64,000 nt of DNA from Octopus vulgaris (taxonomy: Eukaryota), in assembly GCA_951406725.2 (NCBI GenBank), contig OX597824.1, forward strand, positions 37,200,001 to 37,264,000, read 5' to 3'. Both the position numbers and the translations under genes were made by a program. Of the stretch, positions 37,606-51,495 are shown piece by piece. Below the pieces are notes generated by a model. That model was not told the origin of the DNA, searched no databases, and worked only from the letters and a program-made list of their open reading frames with translations. Position 1 is the stretch's first letter. Every line of letters starts with the position of its first letter.

Positions 37606-38057
37606 CTACAAAAAGTCTGTCGGGTACACACACACTCACATACACACACACATACATACATACATACATACATACATACATACATACATACATACATACA
37701 TACCCTGTTGTTGATGTTGAAATTCTAATGAGGGAACCTTGAATCTAGGTTACAAAGGGTTCTTTCTCTATTGGCAAGAAATCTTTAATTAAACTGAATA
37801 ATGACATACATAAAACAAGCTTCCTTCAGTTTCCAACTACCAAATCCACTCACAAGGTTTTGGTCGAGGCTATAATAGAAGACACTTGCCCAAGGTGGGA
37901 CTGAATCCGGAACCATGTGGCTTGGAAGCAAGCCTCTTACCACACAGCCCCTACTGCGCCAATATCTATTTAATTTTTAATAAAAATATTGTTGTGGATC
38001 TCGCCCAGAAAAATGTTGACACTTGCACGTCAACTTTGCATTATTACTGTTTCATAT

Positions 38058-38360
38058 AAGGCGGCGAGCTGGTAGAAACGTTAGCACGCCAGGCGAAATG
38101 CATAGCGGTATTTCGTCTGCCGCTACATTCTGAGTTCAAATTCCGCCGAGGTCGACTTTGCCTTTCATCCTTTTCGGGGTCGATTAAATAAGTACCAGTT
38201 ACGCACTGGGGTCGATATAATCGACTTAATCCGTTTGTCTGTCCTTGTTTGTCTCCTCTGTGTTTAGCCCCTTGTGAGTAGTAAAGAAATAGGTATTTCG
38301 TCTGCCGTTACGTTGTGAGTCCAAATTCTGCCGAAATCGACTTTGCCTTTCATCCTTTCG
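38058..38360 (+). mobile_element. SINE family B (about 1.3 units)
   Basis: CpG-intact copy GGCGGCGAGCTGGTAGAAACGTTAGCACGCC. Confidence 0.85.
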
Positions 38361-39077
38361 TGTATAACGAGTCGGAGGTTCTAAATACGATCACGTGGGA
38401 CATCCTATTTACTACCCCATTTTTAGCCTACAGCTTCTTATAAAAACTCAACTTCTCGTTCCGGAGTCTTTGGTTCCATACCTTTGAAGGTCTAGCTACT
38501 GATCACAAAGATACAACCAGTTCCAGCGACAACGCCAGACACCACCACTACCACAGCAGCTACGTTGAGACTTACCAACTTCATTCAACAACATGGTGGC
38601 AGCCTCCTTCTTCGTCGCCACCATCATGTCCTTAACGTCGTCAACATCATCTCTCTTCGTACACAGCTCAGCAAGCTATTCACCCAGGTTCTAACAGTTC
38701 ACTGTTCGTGAATTACTTCACCACGGATCAACAGCGAATATACAAACTGCAAGATCTCCTGTACAAGTGACCTTGGCAACAGCATCACTGCCACAACTTC
38801 ACGTACGACATGAACCTGTAACCGGCTCAGCATCATAGCTGCGATTTCTTGGTACAGTATTTCAAATATTTGTGTACGACTAACTACGAATTGGTATTAT
38901 GGTTCTTCACTTCGATGTCTCATGGACTCTTTCGCTGTTTTCTTCTTCATTGCCATCCTTATATGTTCTTAACTATCTGACCTTCATTTGTTCTATCCAA
39001 TATCTCTTTATTGTAAGGGCCGTATGATGTGGTACACAAGAGCCATTCTTCGTCACTTCATTTCATACGGTTACTCA
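38361..39077 (+). mobile_element. possible solo LTR
   Basis: TG start truncating a SINE, TATAAAA at about 38438, GGTTACTCA end; no clear TSD. Confidence 0.3.
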
Positions 39078-39582
39078 AAACATCACAATCAAAATAAGAA
39101 AATTTATAAATTGAACAATTTCCACTGTTCCCGTCAGTTATTATAACTTCTGTTATCTATGCTAATTTATTTATTTATTCATACTGAATTTCTAAATGTG
39201 CTCCAATTAGAGCTTTGCCAATGTTACCCAATTGCAATGATGCTTTGAATCACATAGCTTCATCTGAAGACGCTACAAGCACCAGTTAATTAATTAATCA
39301 TGCTGAACACCCATGTTCCAATTAATTTAAACACTAATAATTATCAACGATTACTTATTTTCAACAATTTATTGCTTAGTCTCCATGGTCACTCCCTTGG
39401 TCCAAATTTCTGAAATTTTAGTTTCAATGTTGTGACAATAATTTGCGAAATTTTTCACTAACTGCTGTTCACAATAAAGTAATTAGGTAAAAGCACGAAA
39501 ATGCATCAATTTTAAACGGCAAATATTTCAAATAGTTGTTCATAATTATTGTGAAGATGATAGATAATTTGCAAGAATACAA

Positions 39583-40015
39583 GGATCTTTTCGGTTTGAA
39601 CAGCAGTTTTTTCTAGCTGTGTCATATGAAATTGTCACCCATAATTATGACCCTAGTATCAATCTATTGCATTTCAATCTGTTTTAGGGTTAGTTAGGGT
39701 TAGGATTAGGGTTAGGGGTGGGGGAAAGGGTATCTTTTTTTCTTCACAAATGTAAATAAACCCAATCTGTTTCTTAAACGAGGGATATATTCATACGGCA
39801 CAGAATGCTTTTTAACTCAATAGATGTCAGTGATTGGTTGAAATTGCAGAAATTGAAGAAAAAAACCAACAAATATCTTACAAACTATAGAATTTTCTCA
39901 ATAAAGCCAAGAGAAAAAGATGTTTTATAAACACATTCTACCAGTATACGAAGTTTAACATTTTTTAGTTACCTAGATATTATGTTAAAAACTGCCGTTC
40001 AAACCGAAAAGATCC
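39583..40015. mobile_element. MITE of the same GG..CC, 8-bp-TSD family as 21012-21702, with a TTAGGG tract
   Basis: TSD GAATACAA at 39575-39582 and 40016-40023; TIR GGATCTTTTCGGTTTGAAC / GTTCAAACCGAAAAGATCC. Confidence 0.9.
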
Positions 40016-40518
40016 GAATACAACTCGTATTCATGCAATTTATTGACTTTAACGAAGTTTAAAGTAAATGTAAAGAAAATGACGGAGAAATAGTGTAGCT
40101 AAAGGGAGGCGGTTTGTCTTGCATGGAGGAGGCACTTTTAGGTCTGCCGTGTAAGCCTGAAAAAGCGGCATACTCAAGGACTGGACCGGACGGCACGCAC
40201 TCTAGCTACGCTACTGCCATGTAGTTTCTAGACAAATTTTGTTTTCTCACCTAATTTTAAATGTTAATATATTTCAGATGTGCTCACGATATTGTAATAT
40301 CAATTTTGCTAGTTGACTTCTATCACGAAAATGCTGGCTTTCCATGATATTCAAAGACCAATGGGAATGTAAACTGGAACCAATGAGAGATATATCTTTC
40401 ATGAAGACTTGTCAGTGGCGGAATTAGGGAGTGTGATGCCCTGACAGCCTTTGAGTTTCTCATCCCATCCGGGCTCCCACAAAAAAATGCAAGCTTATAC
40501 AGCAGGTCCCAAAGTGCC

Positions 40519-40740
40519 TTTTTTTTATTGCTTACAGGGGGTTAAACATAGAGTGAACAAACAAGGGATTAAGGCAATTATATCGGCCTCAGTGCGTAAC
40601 TGGTATTTATTTAATCGACCCCGAAAAGATGAAAGGTAAAGTCGACCTCGGCGGAATTTGAACTCAGAACGTAACGGCAGATGAAATACTGCGAAGCATT
40701 TCACCCGGCGTGCTAACGATTCTGCCAGCTCGCCGCCCAA
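40519..40740 (-). mobile_element. SINE family B with 15-bp TSD, inserted in a CAGTGGCG-ended MITE (about 40413-40865)
   Basis: TSD AGGTCCCAAAGTGCC at 40504-40518 and 40741-40755. Confidence 0.85.
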
Positions 40741-41043
40741 AGGTCCCAAAGTGCCGCAGTGCCAGCTCATAGTCTCAAAGTGCCAGCTCGCAGGTCCCAA
40801 AGTGTCACACCCATAAAAGCGTCACCCGAGACGGCCTACCCCTTTCTACCCAATCTGCGTTACTGAAACTTGTAATTTTTTTCTTTCAGTGCTTTCAACG
40901 ACTGCTTTATTGGTACTTTTCTATTTTGTCTCGGGTTCCTCATTGACATCTTTATGTAATCTACTTTTCTCCATTTGCTTTCTTTTTATTACGGAGATGT
41001 ACTCGCATAGCAAGTGATTTGATCTGAGATCGTGTGCTGGAAC

Positions 41044-41190
41044 GAAAACAATTGCAGCGTGGAAGGTGTTTGTAAGCCATTTAAGAAACACACATCCGCG
41101 ACCTGTTCACTGACAAAAATCCGTGAATCGAACGGCTTTTGTGTGTTTCTTAAATGGCTTACAAACACCTTCCACGCTGCAATTGTTTTC
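41044..41190. repeat. perfect 51-bp inverted repeat with a 45-nt spacer
   Basis: GAAAACAATTGCAGCGTGGAAGGTGTTTGTAAGCCATTTAAGAAACACACA and its exact reverse complement at 41140-41190. Confidence 0.92.
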
Positions 41191-42631
41191 TTTTTATTAT
41201 AATCTAAGCATTTTGAGAATAAAAAATCTTTTTAGTTTTTATAATTGCTGTTTCATCCTAGTGAAAAGTTTTCGGCAATCTTATTGCAGTTGTAGCTGGA
41301 AATGAAACAATGGATATATTATTTTTAGTTACATTAAAATATAAAAGTATACCTTCTGTTCTCTTGCTTAAATTATCATCCCGAGACGCGACATAAACCT
41401 ATGAGTATGATTTTAATAAGATATGTACAAGAAAGTGTGTTATAAGAGGAAAGAAAATGGCTCTTCAAATTTAACAACATTACCATTGTGACCTAGAGGA
41501 CAATTGTTAATTTATTGAATATCGTAACTTGCTGCGGAGTAAAATAACTTAATATTACGCTATCTAAGATGAAGAGCTAGCTGGCAAAATCGTTAGCATG
41601 CCGGGCAAAATGCTTAGCGGCATTTCGTCTGTCTGCCCGTTGAGTTTAAATTCCACTGAAATCGCCTTTGTTTTTCATGCTTTCAGAGTCGATAAAATAA
41701 GTACCAGTTGAGCACTGGGGTCGGTGTAATCGACTTACTTCCTTCCCCGAACTTACTGGCCTTGTGCCAAAATATGAAATCAGTGTTCACTATCTAGGAG
41801 TGTAGAAGAAGCGGTAAGGTCCTGCTATGTCGATACATTGATTTTGCTTCGATTCTCTGTTAACTTTTCTTGTATTGCTAAAACCCTTTGAAACGTATGA
41901 TTGTCACAACTTCTCCATAAATTAAGTGTCTATCTTACTCAAAACAACTCATTATGATTATGATATAAATTTTTGAGGACTGGACCGGGCGGTCTTATGA
42001 TCAATGTCACTGGAGCTTGGACCATCCCACCTCCCGTTTTTAGAGGAGGGGATTCAAGAATATCTATTGTGTCCCTACTATATTTAAAATGGTGGTGTAG
42101 ATAGTTGGCTGCTATTTCTTGCTGGTCGAGCAACCACACAGAGGCTCCCGATTAAAGTGTCAAAGAACAATGGTTCTGTGAAGTTTCTGTTATTCTATCT
42201 TAGTCATCCCAAACTGAATAGAATAGGACATTACACGAATGGCTAATTTCTTAAAGTGTTCCAACCGGTCTTAATTAGTTTGACATTTTTATTTGTTTAT
42301 CCTCCGTACGAAAACGAAACAAAGAACTATTTGACCTTTCATGAATAGAAAAATTCATCAATAAATGAACAGTTTTTATTGATTCCTGGCAATGTGAAAA
42401 AGAGGTTTTCATTACTTTCCACAGTATTTCTAAACCAGCTTGCTTGTTTACTTCAATTTATTTTTATCAAATTAGACAATGATCGTCATTCATAGACACG
42501 AAAGATTTCAAGTATTTAGCCTTGAACACTAAGTTAAAAAAAAAAAGAAAAAGATTTAGCCAAGAACCTTTCATGCCACTCTATGTCAAGGTCTATTTTA
42601 CTGCAGAGTGTCTTCGTTTAAGACGAAATAC

Positions 42632-42857
42632 ACTCTTTACTCCTTTACTTGTTTCAGTCATTTGACTGTGGCAATGCTGGAGCACTGCCTTTAGTCGAGC
42701 AAATCGACCCCCAGGACTTATTCTTTGTAAGCCTAGTACTTATTCTATCGGTCACTTTTTGCCGAACCGCTAAGTTACGGGGACATAAACACACCAGCAT
42801 CGGTTGTCAAGCGATGTTGGGGGTACAAACACAAACACACAAACGTATACACACACA

Positions 42858-42905
<48 letters not shown>

Positions 42906-43121
42906 AATTGAGATAGGGGTTGTAAATGCAACCCTCTATGGGATAACGTATATCCAATATACTGCTAGTGAAGTACCCATACATATATACGATAGGCTTC
43001 TTTCAGGTTCCGTCTACCAAATCCACTCACAAGGCTTTAGTCGACCCGAGGCTATAGTAGAAGACACTTGCCCAAGGTGCCACGCAGTGGGACTGAACCA
43101 GGAACCATGTGGTTAGTAAGC
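42632..43121 (-). mobile_element. SINE family A with an internal insertion
   Basis: homology to the other family A copies. Confidence 0.85.
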
Positions 43122-43585
43122 ACAGCAGGGTGAACTGGCCTCTGCCTGCTGTGATGGAGTAAGCATTACTGATGAGTATTAATTTTCTATATGAAATTAG
43201 CATGCTAATCTGATGCATCTCGCTCACAGTGGAGAGGGTTTTCTCCCCTGTCAATACAAAGAAACCATGTGCTTTTGTGACTAAGGAGTTTACAAATCCT
43301 ATTTCTAGCAATGCTGGTTCTCACTGCACCCTGATCACACTTAGTTGCGGTGAATCATTTCCCTGTTGGTTTCAAATTGCTACTAACCACCTGGATTACA
43401 TTCAACACACAATAATATGAAAATGTAAGGGTATGTCTTTTTCCACCTCCGATCAGATTCAACATTAAAATGTTTTTAATTATACTAATTAATTTCTAGA
43501 GTCTTGAATCGAAACAGCTGTCAGAGATGATGTCTAGTTTTGTAAGAAATAATTATTAATTTAATTATCACTATTTTCTTATATG

Positions 43586-43659
<74 letters not shown>

Positions 43660-43791
43660 TGTATGTATGTATGTATGTATGTATGTATATCTATCTATGT
43701 GTATGTGTGTCTGTGTGCGTGTGCTAAATAACATGAGGCAACAAAGCCAAGGCTGAGTGGAGTTTTCAGGACATCTATAAAGAGAAAGTTA

Positions 43792-43839
43792 GTCTTACAG
43801 CTGTTTCTGGGATATAACAGATATCCCTTCATCAGAGAC
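43792..43839 (-). ncRNA. minimal type-I hammerhead ribozyme with canonical core, probable Penelope-like pLTR
   Basis: minus strand GUCU-CUGAUGA-A-GGGAUAU-cuguu-AUAUCCC-A-GAAAC-AGCU-GUA-AGAC. Confidence 0.75.
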
Positions 43840-44119
43840 GATGTGAGATGGTTAAATAGAGGGAAATATTAGAGTTCAATATAGGAGTTATTTTGAAGAG
43901 AAAGCAAATAAGGAGTATACAGGGAAATAGGAGAATGAATGTAGAAATAAAAACTAAAATGCATAAAGATGTTATAGTTGCAGTTCCATTATCCAAAGAA
44001 AGTGGTGTGTAGAAGTGGTATAAATGCTTCCTGTCCATACTATGTAAATTCTAATAGAAGTTCATATTTTGTCATCACAAATGGAAAGTGTGGAAACGTA
44101 AATTCCATATGCTGTTCAT

Positions 44120-45586
44120 TCAAAGGGGTCTTGTGGTGTGAATGAGAATGTAGTGATTCCGACAAGGCTCTTGACAGCGTTTCGTTCAAGTCGGCCTACA
44201 GTAAGACCATGATCAAGGCACAGCGGCTGTGGAATCTGCAGAACCACATCACGGTGGCGACAGACAGCACTCTGGACGCGTTGAAGAGGAGGCTGGTGGT
44301 CCCCAACAGTATTAGATAGAACTCTACCTATACTCTGTTGTTGTCCTCAACAACCTGTTGGAGAAGAATAGGGAAGCTGTCCACACGGTGATGACACATC
44401 TGAAGCAGCAGACCCTCACTGATTCTGATGTCGGCTTCTTGACGGAATACACCCATGTGATGTCTAATGTTGCCAAGGCCTTGGATAAAATCTATTGGGA
44501 GGACCAGGTTTATTTCGGGAGCCATCTGACAACTGTAGCGGCTACCGTCATGGAGTTTGAGGAGGCCAAGTTCAAATTTCTCCTGTATTGCAGTCCTCTG
44601 GTAGACGTGATACTGGCAGGCATCACGAAAAGGTTTGGGCTCCTCCTAGACGACCTGGAGTGCCAGCTGATCGCTGCCTTCCACCCCAAGTTTTTCCTGT
44701 TCTGACTGAAGCAGTATGATAACAACCAGGTTAGCAGAGTAACGAACGCTATGGAGACCGTCGTAGAGACAGCTCTAATGGAGACCATTGAGGAGGGCAG
44801 CTGGACCACCAGCAATGACGATAAGAAAGGTGGTTTCTTCAGCAACATCACTCGATTCCGGGAGAGCAGGAGCCACAGATCACTGAAATCCAAGTCGCAG
44901 AACTTGGTGAAGACCTAGTTGGAGGCCGTCTCGAAGGCGGTCCTGATTGAAGTCGCCTTTTTGGATGAGTAAGTTATGATTGACCTGTTCACCATGTCGA
45001 TCCCATCCAGTGCAGCAGTTCAGCGCCTATTCTCTATAGGCAAAGGTATTTTGAAGACCAAGAGAGCCACTCTGTCAGATGGTAACTTTGAGAGGCTGAT
45101 GTTTATGAAGGGCCATCAGCATCACGTCGAAACGATGAAGGCCCAGCAAGAGTAGTACATCTTGATCATCATCTGATCTTGACATGATACCTATGCTATA
45201 TACTATACCATTTTGATTCATTTAATACTTTTTGTACAGGAAATAAAGTGTATGTTGACTAATGTGTAATTTCATTTGTTCATTTAATTATTTGCGTACA
45301 CATTGATCATCATCAGATTTTGGTATGCTATACCTTTTTGGAAAGCTCTATGTCTAAGCTACAACATGAAAATTTCAGTTCTCTAGGTCTGTTTTTAGGG
45401 ATTTTAGAGCAAAAAAGCACCAAACCAAAACTAAATTCAAATAATAAAAGTTAGCGGTTATTAGCGTTAGCGTCCGCTAATTTTTAAAACTTTTTTAGCG
45501 GTTTAGCGTTTGCGAAGCCAACTTTTTTTAGTTAGCGGATTAGCGGTAAGCGATGCAAACATTTTGGTTAGCTGTGCCCACCACTG
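44120..45586 (+). mobile_element. hAT transposon remnant (3' half with transposase pseudogene)
   Basis: LVVPNSIR*NS, LIAAFHPKF, IPSSAAVQRLFSIGKGILKTKRATLSDGNFERLMFMK dimerisation domain; subterminal TTAGCG repeats; TIR GCTGTGCCCACCACTG. Confidence 0.88.
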
Positions 45587-46451
45587 CCTGCAACTAATTT
45601 GGTCAGCAGGGTTTTTGGCAAAAAAAAAAAAATTAAAAAAAGCAATAATTTGCGAGAAAATGGTGGGAGGACGGGAGGAAGTCTTTCCCATTTGGCTACC
45701 ATTGTATTTTCAAGGTCTATTTTTTTTATTCAGTTGCAGTACCTACTCTCCAGTTATACAAACAATATATGCGTAAAACACCGTCGATTTCTAATTTATA
45801 CATATACAATGCGATACGTATATAGGCGTTACAGCAATAGGTTGATGTATTTACGTCTGTTGATCTCTTAAAATATATTTCAAACCTACGCATTTATTAC
45901 ACTGAAAAACAGAAAATCTAGAATATATGTACGTCATTATTATTACAACGGGTAAAAGACACAAATACTTGGAATTACTGCGCTGAGATTTATTAACGCC
46001 CACATCTACGGCGAATGTCAAAATTAAAAATAAATAGATACATAAAGAGATAAATTAAAGGTGTGGGAGGGGAGAAAGACAGACAATCTGAGGCTGTTGA
46101 TGTTAATATATTTCGTTAAGTTTGTCAAGTGGTGCTAAGCAATAATGGCAAAGAGTTAACATACCGCGAGCCTTTGTTACATTTGAGTTTTAACATGTTT
46201 CACTCGCATTTTTTCCATATTTCGTTGATAGAAAGAAAAGTTATTTTAATTCAGCAACTCTGCTTATATATTTACATACAGAAAACTAATATCCCACCCA
46301 ACAAAAAGCCCAATTTGGCTTATATAAATCACAACTTCAGTCTTCTATGTTAACGATAATGGTTTCCGATTGAGGCACAAGGCGAACAACTTTGAGGGGC
46401 GTGGGGTGAGTCGATACTTCCGGTCTCCATTACTTGATTAGTACTTTATTT

Positions 46452-46870
46452 GGCAATCTTTCGTCTCTAGTAGACCTTTCCGTCGATTTCCGTAAAAAAC
46501 TTCTTTTTTTTTTACATATGGGCTTGCGGGAACTTTTGAAGTAATGAGAGCGAAAGAGACTAAGAGAAAGCGATTGTATGACGAGGGAAGTTCTTTTGAA
46601 GTTACCGTGCATGGGAGCATTGATGTACAATGTGTGTGTGTTTGATGGGGTGTGGGAGACAGACAGTATGTTGTGTAAGTGAAGTGCTTCTGTTAGTGTG
46701 TGTGAAGAGACAGAGTAATGTGTGAAAGAAAGAGATAACTGAAATTTTTTACTCGGTGTATGTGTATATGTATGTATATTACTTCAAAAGTTCCCGCAAG
46801 CCCATATGTAAAAAAAAAAAAAAAATTTACGGAAATCGACGGAAAGGTCTACTAGAGACGAAAGATCGCC
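46452..46870. mobile_element. MITE with about 94-bp TIRs, GG..CC ends and 8-bp TSD, inserted in a SINE B
   Basis: TSD CTTTATTT at 46444-46451 and 46871-46878; GGCAATCTTTCGTCTCTAGTAGACC / GGTCTACTAGAGACGAAAGATCGCC. Confidence 0.9.
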
Positions 46871-47003
46871 CTTTATTTTATCGACCCTGAAAAAATGAAA
46901 AACAAAGTTAATCTTGGCAAGATTTCAACTCAAAACATAAAAAGCCGGAACCAACACCGCAAAGTATCTTTTCCGACGCCCTAACGATTCCGTCAATCTA
47001 CCG

Positions 47004-47085
<82 letters not shown>

Positions 47086-48082
47086 CTCTTTATTAGTTAC
47101 AAGGACTCGATCAAGAGCCAAAATACAAAACTTTCTCTAGGGATTACAAAAATAGAAAAGGTAATGGAAATGTGAGAAAAATCCTATCCACGTATATGAA
47201 GAGAGTGAGGGGGGGGGAATGGGACGTTGTAGTATATATGGAAAGACGTCGCACACACGCACACAGACACACGCGCACACATACATAACTAGATACATAT
47301 ACTTATCTATATACAAATGCAAATATATTCATGCATACAAGCCCACACAGATTTGCATGGAAATTATTTTTTAAAAGTACAACAAAATAATAATTAAAAC
47401 AAAGTATAATCAAACAAAATAAATCATGACATATTATCGAGTTAGATATAGTTGGTAACGCCACAACTCTATACACTTAGTCATTTTTCAAATTGTGTTT
47501 GAATGCAACCGAATCCACCAGTAAGCATTTTTTTTTAACAATTTGATGTTGAGAATATTCTTCAATTTTGATATAACATCTTAATTTTATGAATAAGCTA
47601 TCTTTTGCATGTACTTTATATTGGTTTCAAATTTTGGCACAAGGCCTGAATGTTGGGAGAGGGGTAAGTCAATTACATCCATCCAAGTCCTCAACTGGTA
47701 CATATTTTATCGAATGTGAAAGATGAAAGGCAAAGTCAACCAAGGCAGAATTTGAACTCAGAACGTACAAACGTACTAACGATTCTGCCAGCTCGTTGCA
47801 ATTATGTACTTTATATTTTCGACGTAACGCTTTCGTATTTGTATGCTGCTAAGAACCTGGAAGGTTGGTATTGGGCAGTTTCAACAAGCCTCAAAGAAGC
47901 TCTAAAACTTGCCAAACAATGTCACAGAAAGCATTTTCACAAACTTTTCCTGTGGCCTTTTAAAGAGCAAAATAAACTGTATGAAATTAAACTTAGAATC
48001 CAGTCTGTGTAAGTTTTATCTTAATTTTTTGTGACATCTGTTTGTAATTTCCGGTTTGGCTTTCAACTCTACTCACCTCTTT

Positions 48083-48650
<568 letters not shown>

Positions 48651-48816
48651 TCACTTTTTTTTTATCTCGATCTTTACACAAGCAACCAAGATAAATCACA
48701 GGCTCTGTCCACTTCAGTTTCCTCCATTCAGTAATTTCAGAAAGTAGTTCAATGATTAATTTCTTTCAGCCATTTTAAAACAAATTATATTATTGATCTG
48801 CTTCTCATGAATTAAT

Positions 48817-48848
<32 letters not shown>

Positions 48849-48896
48849 ATGAATTTGCGTTGCAAGATTCTTGATGTGAAGTCATGTATTGAAACA

Positions 48897-48964
<68 letters not shown>

Positions 48965-49223
48965 CACACGACGGGCTTTTTCCGTCTACCAAATTCACTC
49001 ACAAGGCTTTGGTCGGCCCGAGGCTATAGTAGAAGACACTTAACCAAAGTGCCCCTCAGTGGGACTGAACCCGGAACCATGTGGTTGGTAAGCAAGCTAC
49101 TTACCACACAGCCACTCCTACGCCTATATGAAAAGTTAAAACGTAAAAATCACTACATTATATAAACAGATATTTCATATCTCTGGCTTGCTGTAGACAA
49201 TGTTGTATACATAAATAAAAACA

Positions 49224-49386
49224 GGCGTAGGAGTGGCTGTGTGGTAAGTAGCTTGCTTACCAACCACATGGTCCCGGGTTCAGTCCCACTGCCTGGCACC
49301 TTGGGCAAGTGTCTTCTACTATAGCCTCGGGCCGACCAAAGCCTTGTGAGTGGATTTGGTAGACGGAAACTGAAAGAAGCTCGTCG

Positions 49387-49433
<47 letters not shown>

Positions 49434-49645
49434 TTGTGTGTCTGTATTTGTCCCTCCAGCATCGCTTGACAACCGATTCTGGTGTGTGTTTATGTCCCCG
49501 TAACTTAGTGGTTCGGCAAAAGAGATCGATAGAATAAGTATTAGGTTTACAAAGAATAAGTCCTGGGGTCGATTTGCTTGACTAAAGGCGGTGCTCCAGC
49601 ATGGCCACAATCAAATGACTGAAACAAGTAAAAGAGTAAAAGAGT
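49224..49645 (+). mobile_element. SINE family A, head-to-head with a partial minus copy at about 48960-49127
   Basis: full-length homology to the other family A copies. Confidence 0.85.
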
Positions 49646-50014
49646 TAGAAACTAATGTTTATTTTGATCTCTGAAACGTTTCTTTTATTTCTTTTATTTC
49701 AATATTGTTTCACCTTCTTTTACTTAATTCTTTGTTGAGTATATTCCTATATTTGAATGAAACAAATCATTGCTTATTGTGTGCATAAAACAACGTGTCA
49801 CCAGTGGCCCGGGAACGAAACTTGATTAGGGGGCTCAAACTCAGGTTCAAAATTTTTTACGAAAAATGTGGATTTTTTTCAGTGTTAATATCAAAACGAA
49901 TGCAGATGTAATCCTTTCTCCTCCTTTCTACTATAGGCTCAAAGTCTGAAATTTGGGGGAGGGGGATAGTCGATCACATGACCCTAGTACTTGACTGGTA
50001 GTTAATTTATCAAG

Positions 50015-50623
50015 GACCTGCCTCAAACAATGTCAGATATTCCCATAATTAGTGCTTTTTTGATGAAATATCTGAAGACGTGGCATCCACCGAACAGAAA
50101 CTTACGTCATGCTAAGTTCATTGAGCAAAATATTCTGCACTCTCTCACGTGATATGCTAATAACATTGACTATTTGATTTATAGTCAATCGCCTATCATC
50201 CATCACCATATGATGAACACGATCAATGCTTTTACCGGCGGTGGCAGCTGCAGGACGTCCAGACTATGGGTTTTCTCAAAGCTCTCTCTTCCCCTGCTAA
50301 ATTCAGATGCCAGTTTTGCATTGTTGATAAGGCTGGAGCGTCATCCCCTAATGTATCAACCATGTCAGCATGAATGTCCTTGAGGGCTAGACCCTTTTTC
50401 TGAAGTTACTTGATTACAGCACAATGCCAAATTTTGTTAAGTTTTCAAAAGAAGTTGCTAATAGTTTACATTTGTGAGTTTCTCTGAACAAGCAGATGTC
50501 AGTTTACTCGGAAAGAAACAACGCTGTTTTTAACGAGAAGACTTGAAATTACTAAAAGCAAGATTCCACAGCTCTCTCACCTCTCTTTCATTGTCAACCA
50601 GTAAACTTTTCAGACCATTCTTG
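50015..50623 (-). mobile_element. mariner 5' remnant (transposase N-terminus)
   Basis: AVIK*LQKKGLALKDIHADMVDTLGDDAPALST...SVRWMPRL (WVPRxL motif); TIR AAACTTTTCAGACCATTCTTG|TA. Confidence 0.8.
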
Positions 50624-50627
50624 TATT

Positions 50628-51305
50628 TATAGAAAAGCGCTTCAAATCATTCCAAAAAAAATTTCTATGCTCACTCGTTTTGGCAATGAAACTTTTCATG
50701 AGAATGTGCAAAGCGTTTTCCTTCTACAAGTTTTTATGCGCATGCATTATGGCACAATGTGATAGGCGGTGCTGTGTCATTGTGACACGGAGCCGGGTTA
50801 TCAAACGGCGAAGTGCGCTGAACGTTCTCTCGATTGATGCAAAGACAGAATAAGTTGTAAGCGAGAGAACGTTCAGTGCACTTTGCTATTTCAAGACATG
50901 GTACCTATTTCTTTATTGCCCACAAGGGGCTAAACATAGAGGGGACAAACATGGACAGACATAGGTATTAAGTCGAGTACATCGACCCCAGTGCGTAACT
51001 GGTACTTAATTTATCGACCCCGAAAGGATGAAAGGCAAAGTTGACCTCGGCGGAATTTGAACTCACAACGTAACGGCAGCCGAAATACCGCTAAGCATTT
51101 CACCCGACGTGCTAACGATTCTGCCAGCTCGCCGCCTTCTAGACATGGTACCATACCACAATGACGCGGCACAGTATAACACTGTGCCATAATGCGTGTG
51201 CATAAAAACTTATGCAATGAAAAAGCTTTGCACATCCTCATGGAAAGTTTCATTGCCAAAACGAGAGTAGAAAATTTTTGGAATGATTTGAAGCACTTTT
51301 CCATA
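50628..51305. mobile_element. long-TIR MITE containing a SINE B (50906-51140, minus strand, TSD AGACATGGTACC)
   Basis: GCTTCAAATCATTCCAAAAA..CTCGTTTTGGCAATGAAACTTT mirrored at 51245-51305; SINE TSD at 50894-50905 and 51141-51152. Confidence 0.85.
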
Positions 51306-51495
51306 TGTATGAGGGTTAGGGCTAAACTGCGTTAGCATCAACACTTGCTAGAACGAATAACAGCATCAGAAGCTCTCCATTTTTCCAGAATGTCATGTAA
51401 TTATTTGGGCAAGGCTTCGTTTTCCGTCCACAGGTCACTAAAGAGCTTGATGTGTGATGACAATAAGGGCAAGTGAAATGAAAAAGGCTGGTATG

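Noticed and set aside
37700-37810. CUAAUGA...AACCU..AGGUU-ACAAA pLTR-like fragment inside a SINE
   Set aside because: Too degenerate (G5 and GAAA lost) to call a ribozyme.
46835-46870. CGGAAAG-GUCU..AGAC-GAAA hammerhead-like look
   Set aside because: It is the TIR of a MITE with an exact 8-bp TSD; the core does not fit NUGANNA and there is no stem I.
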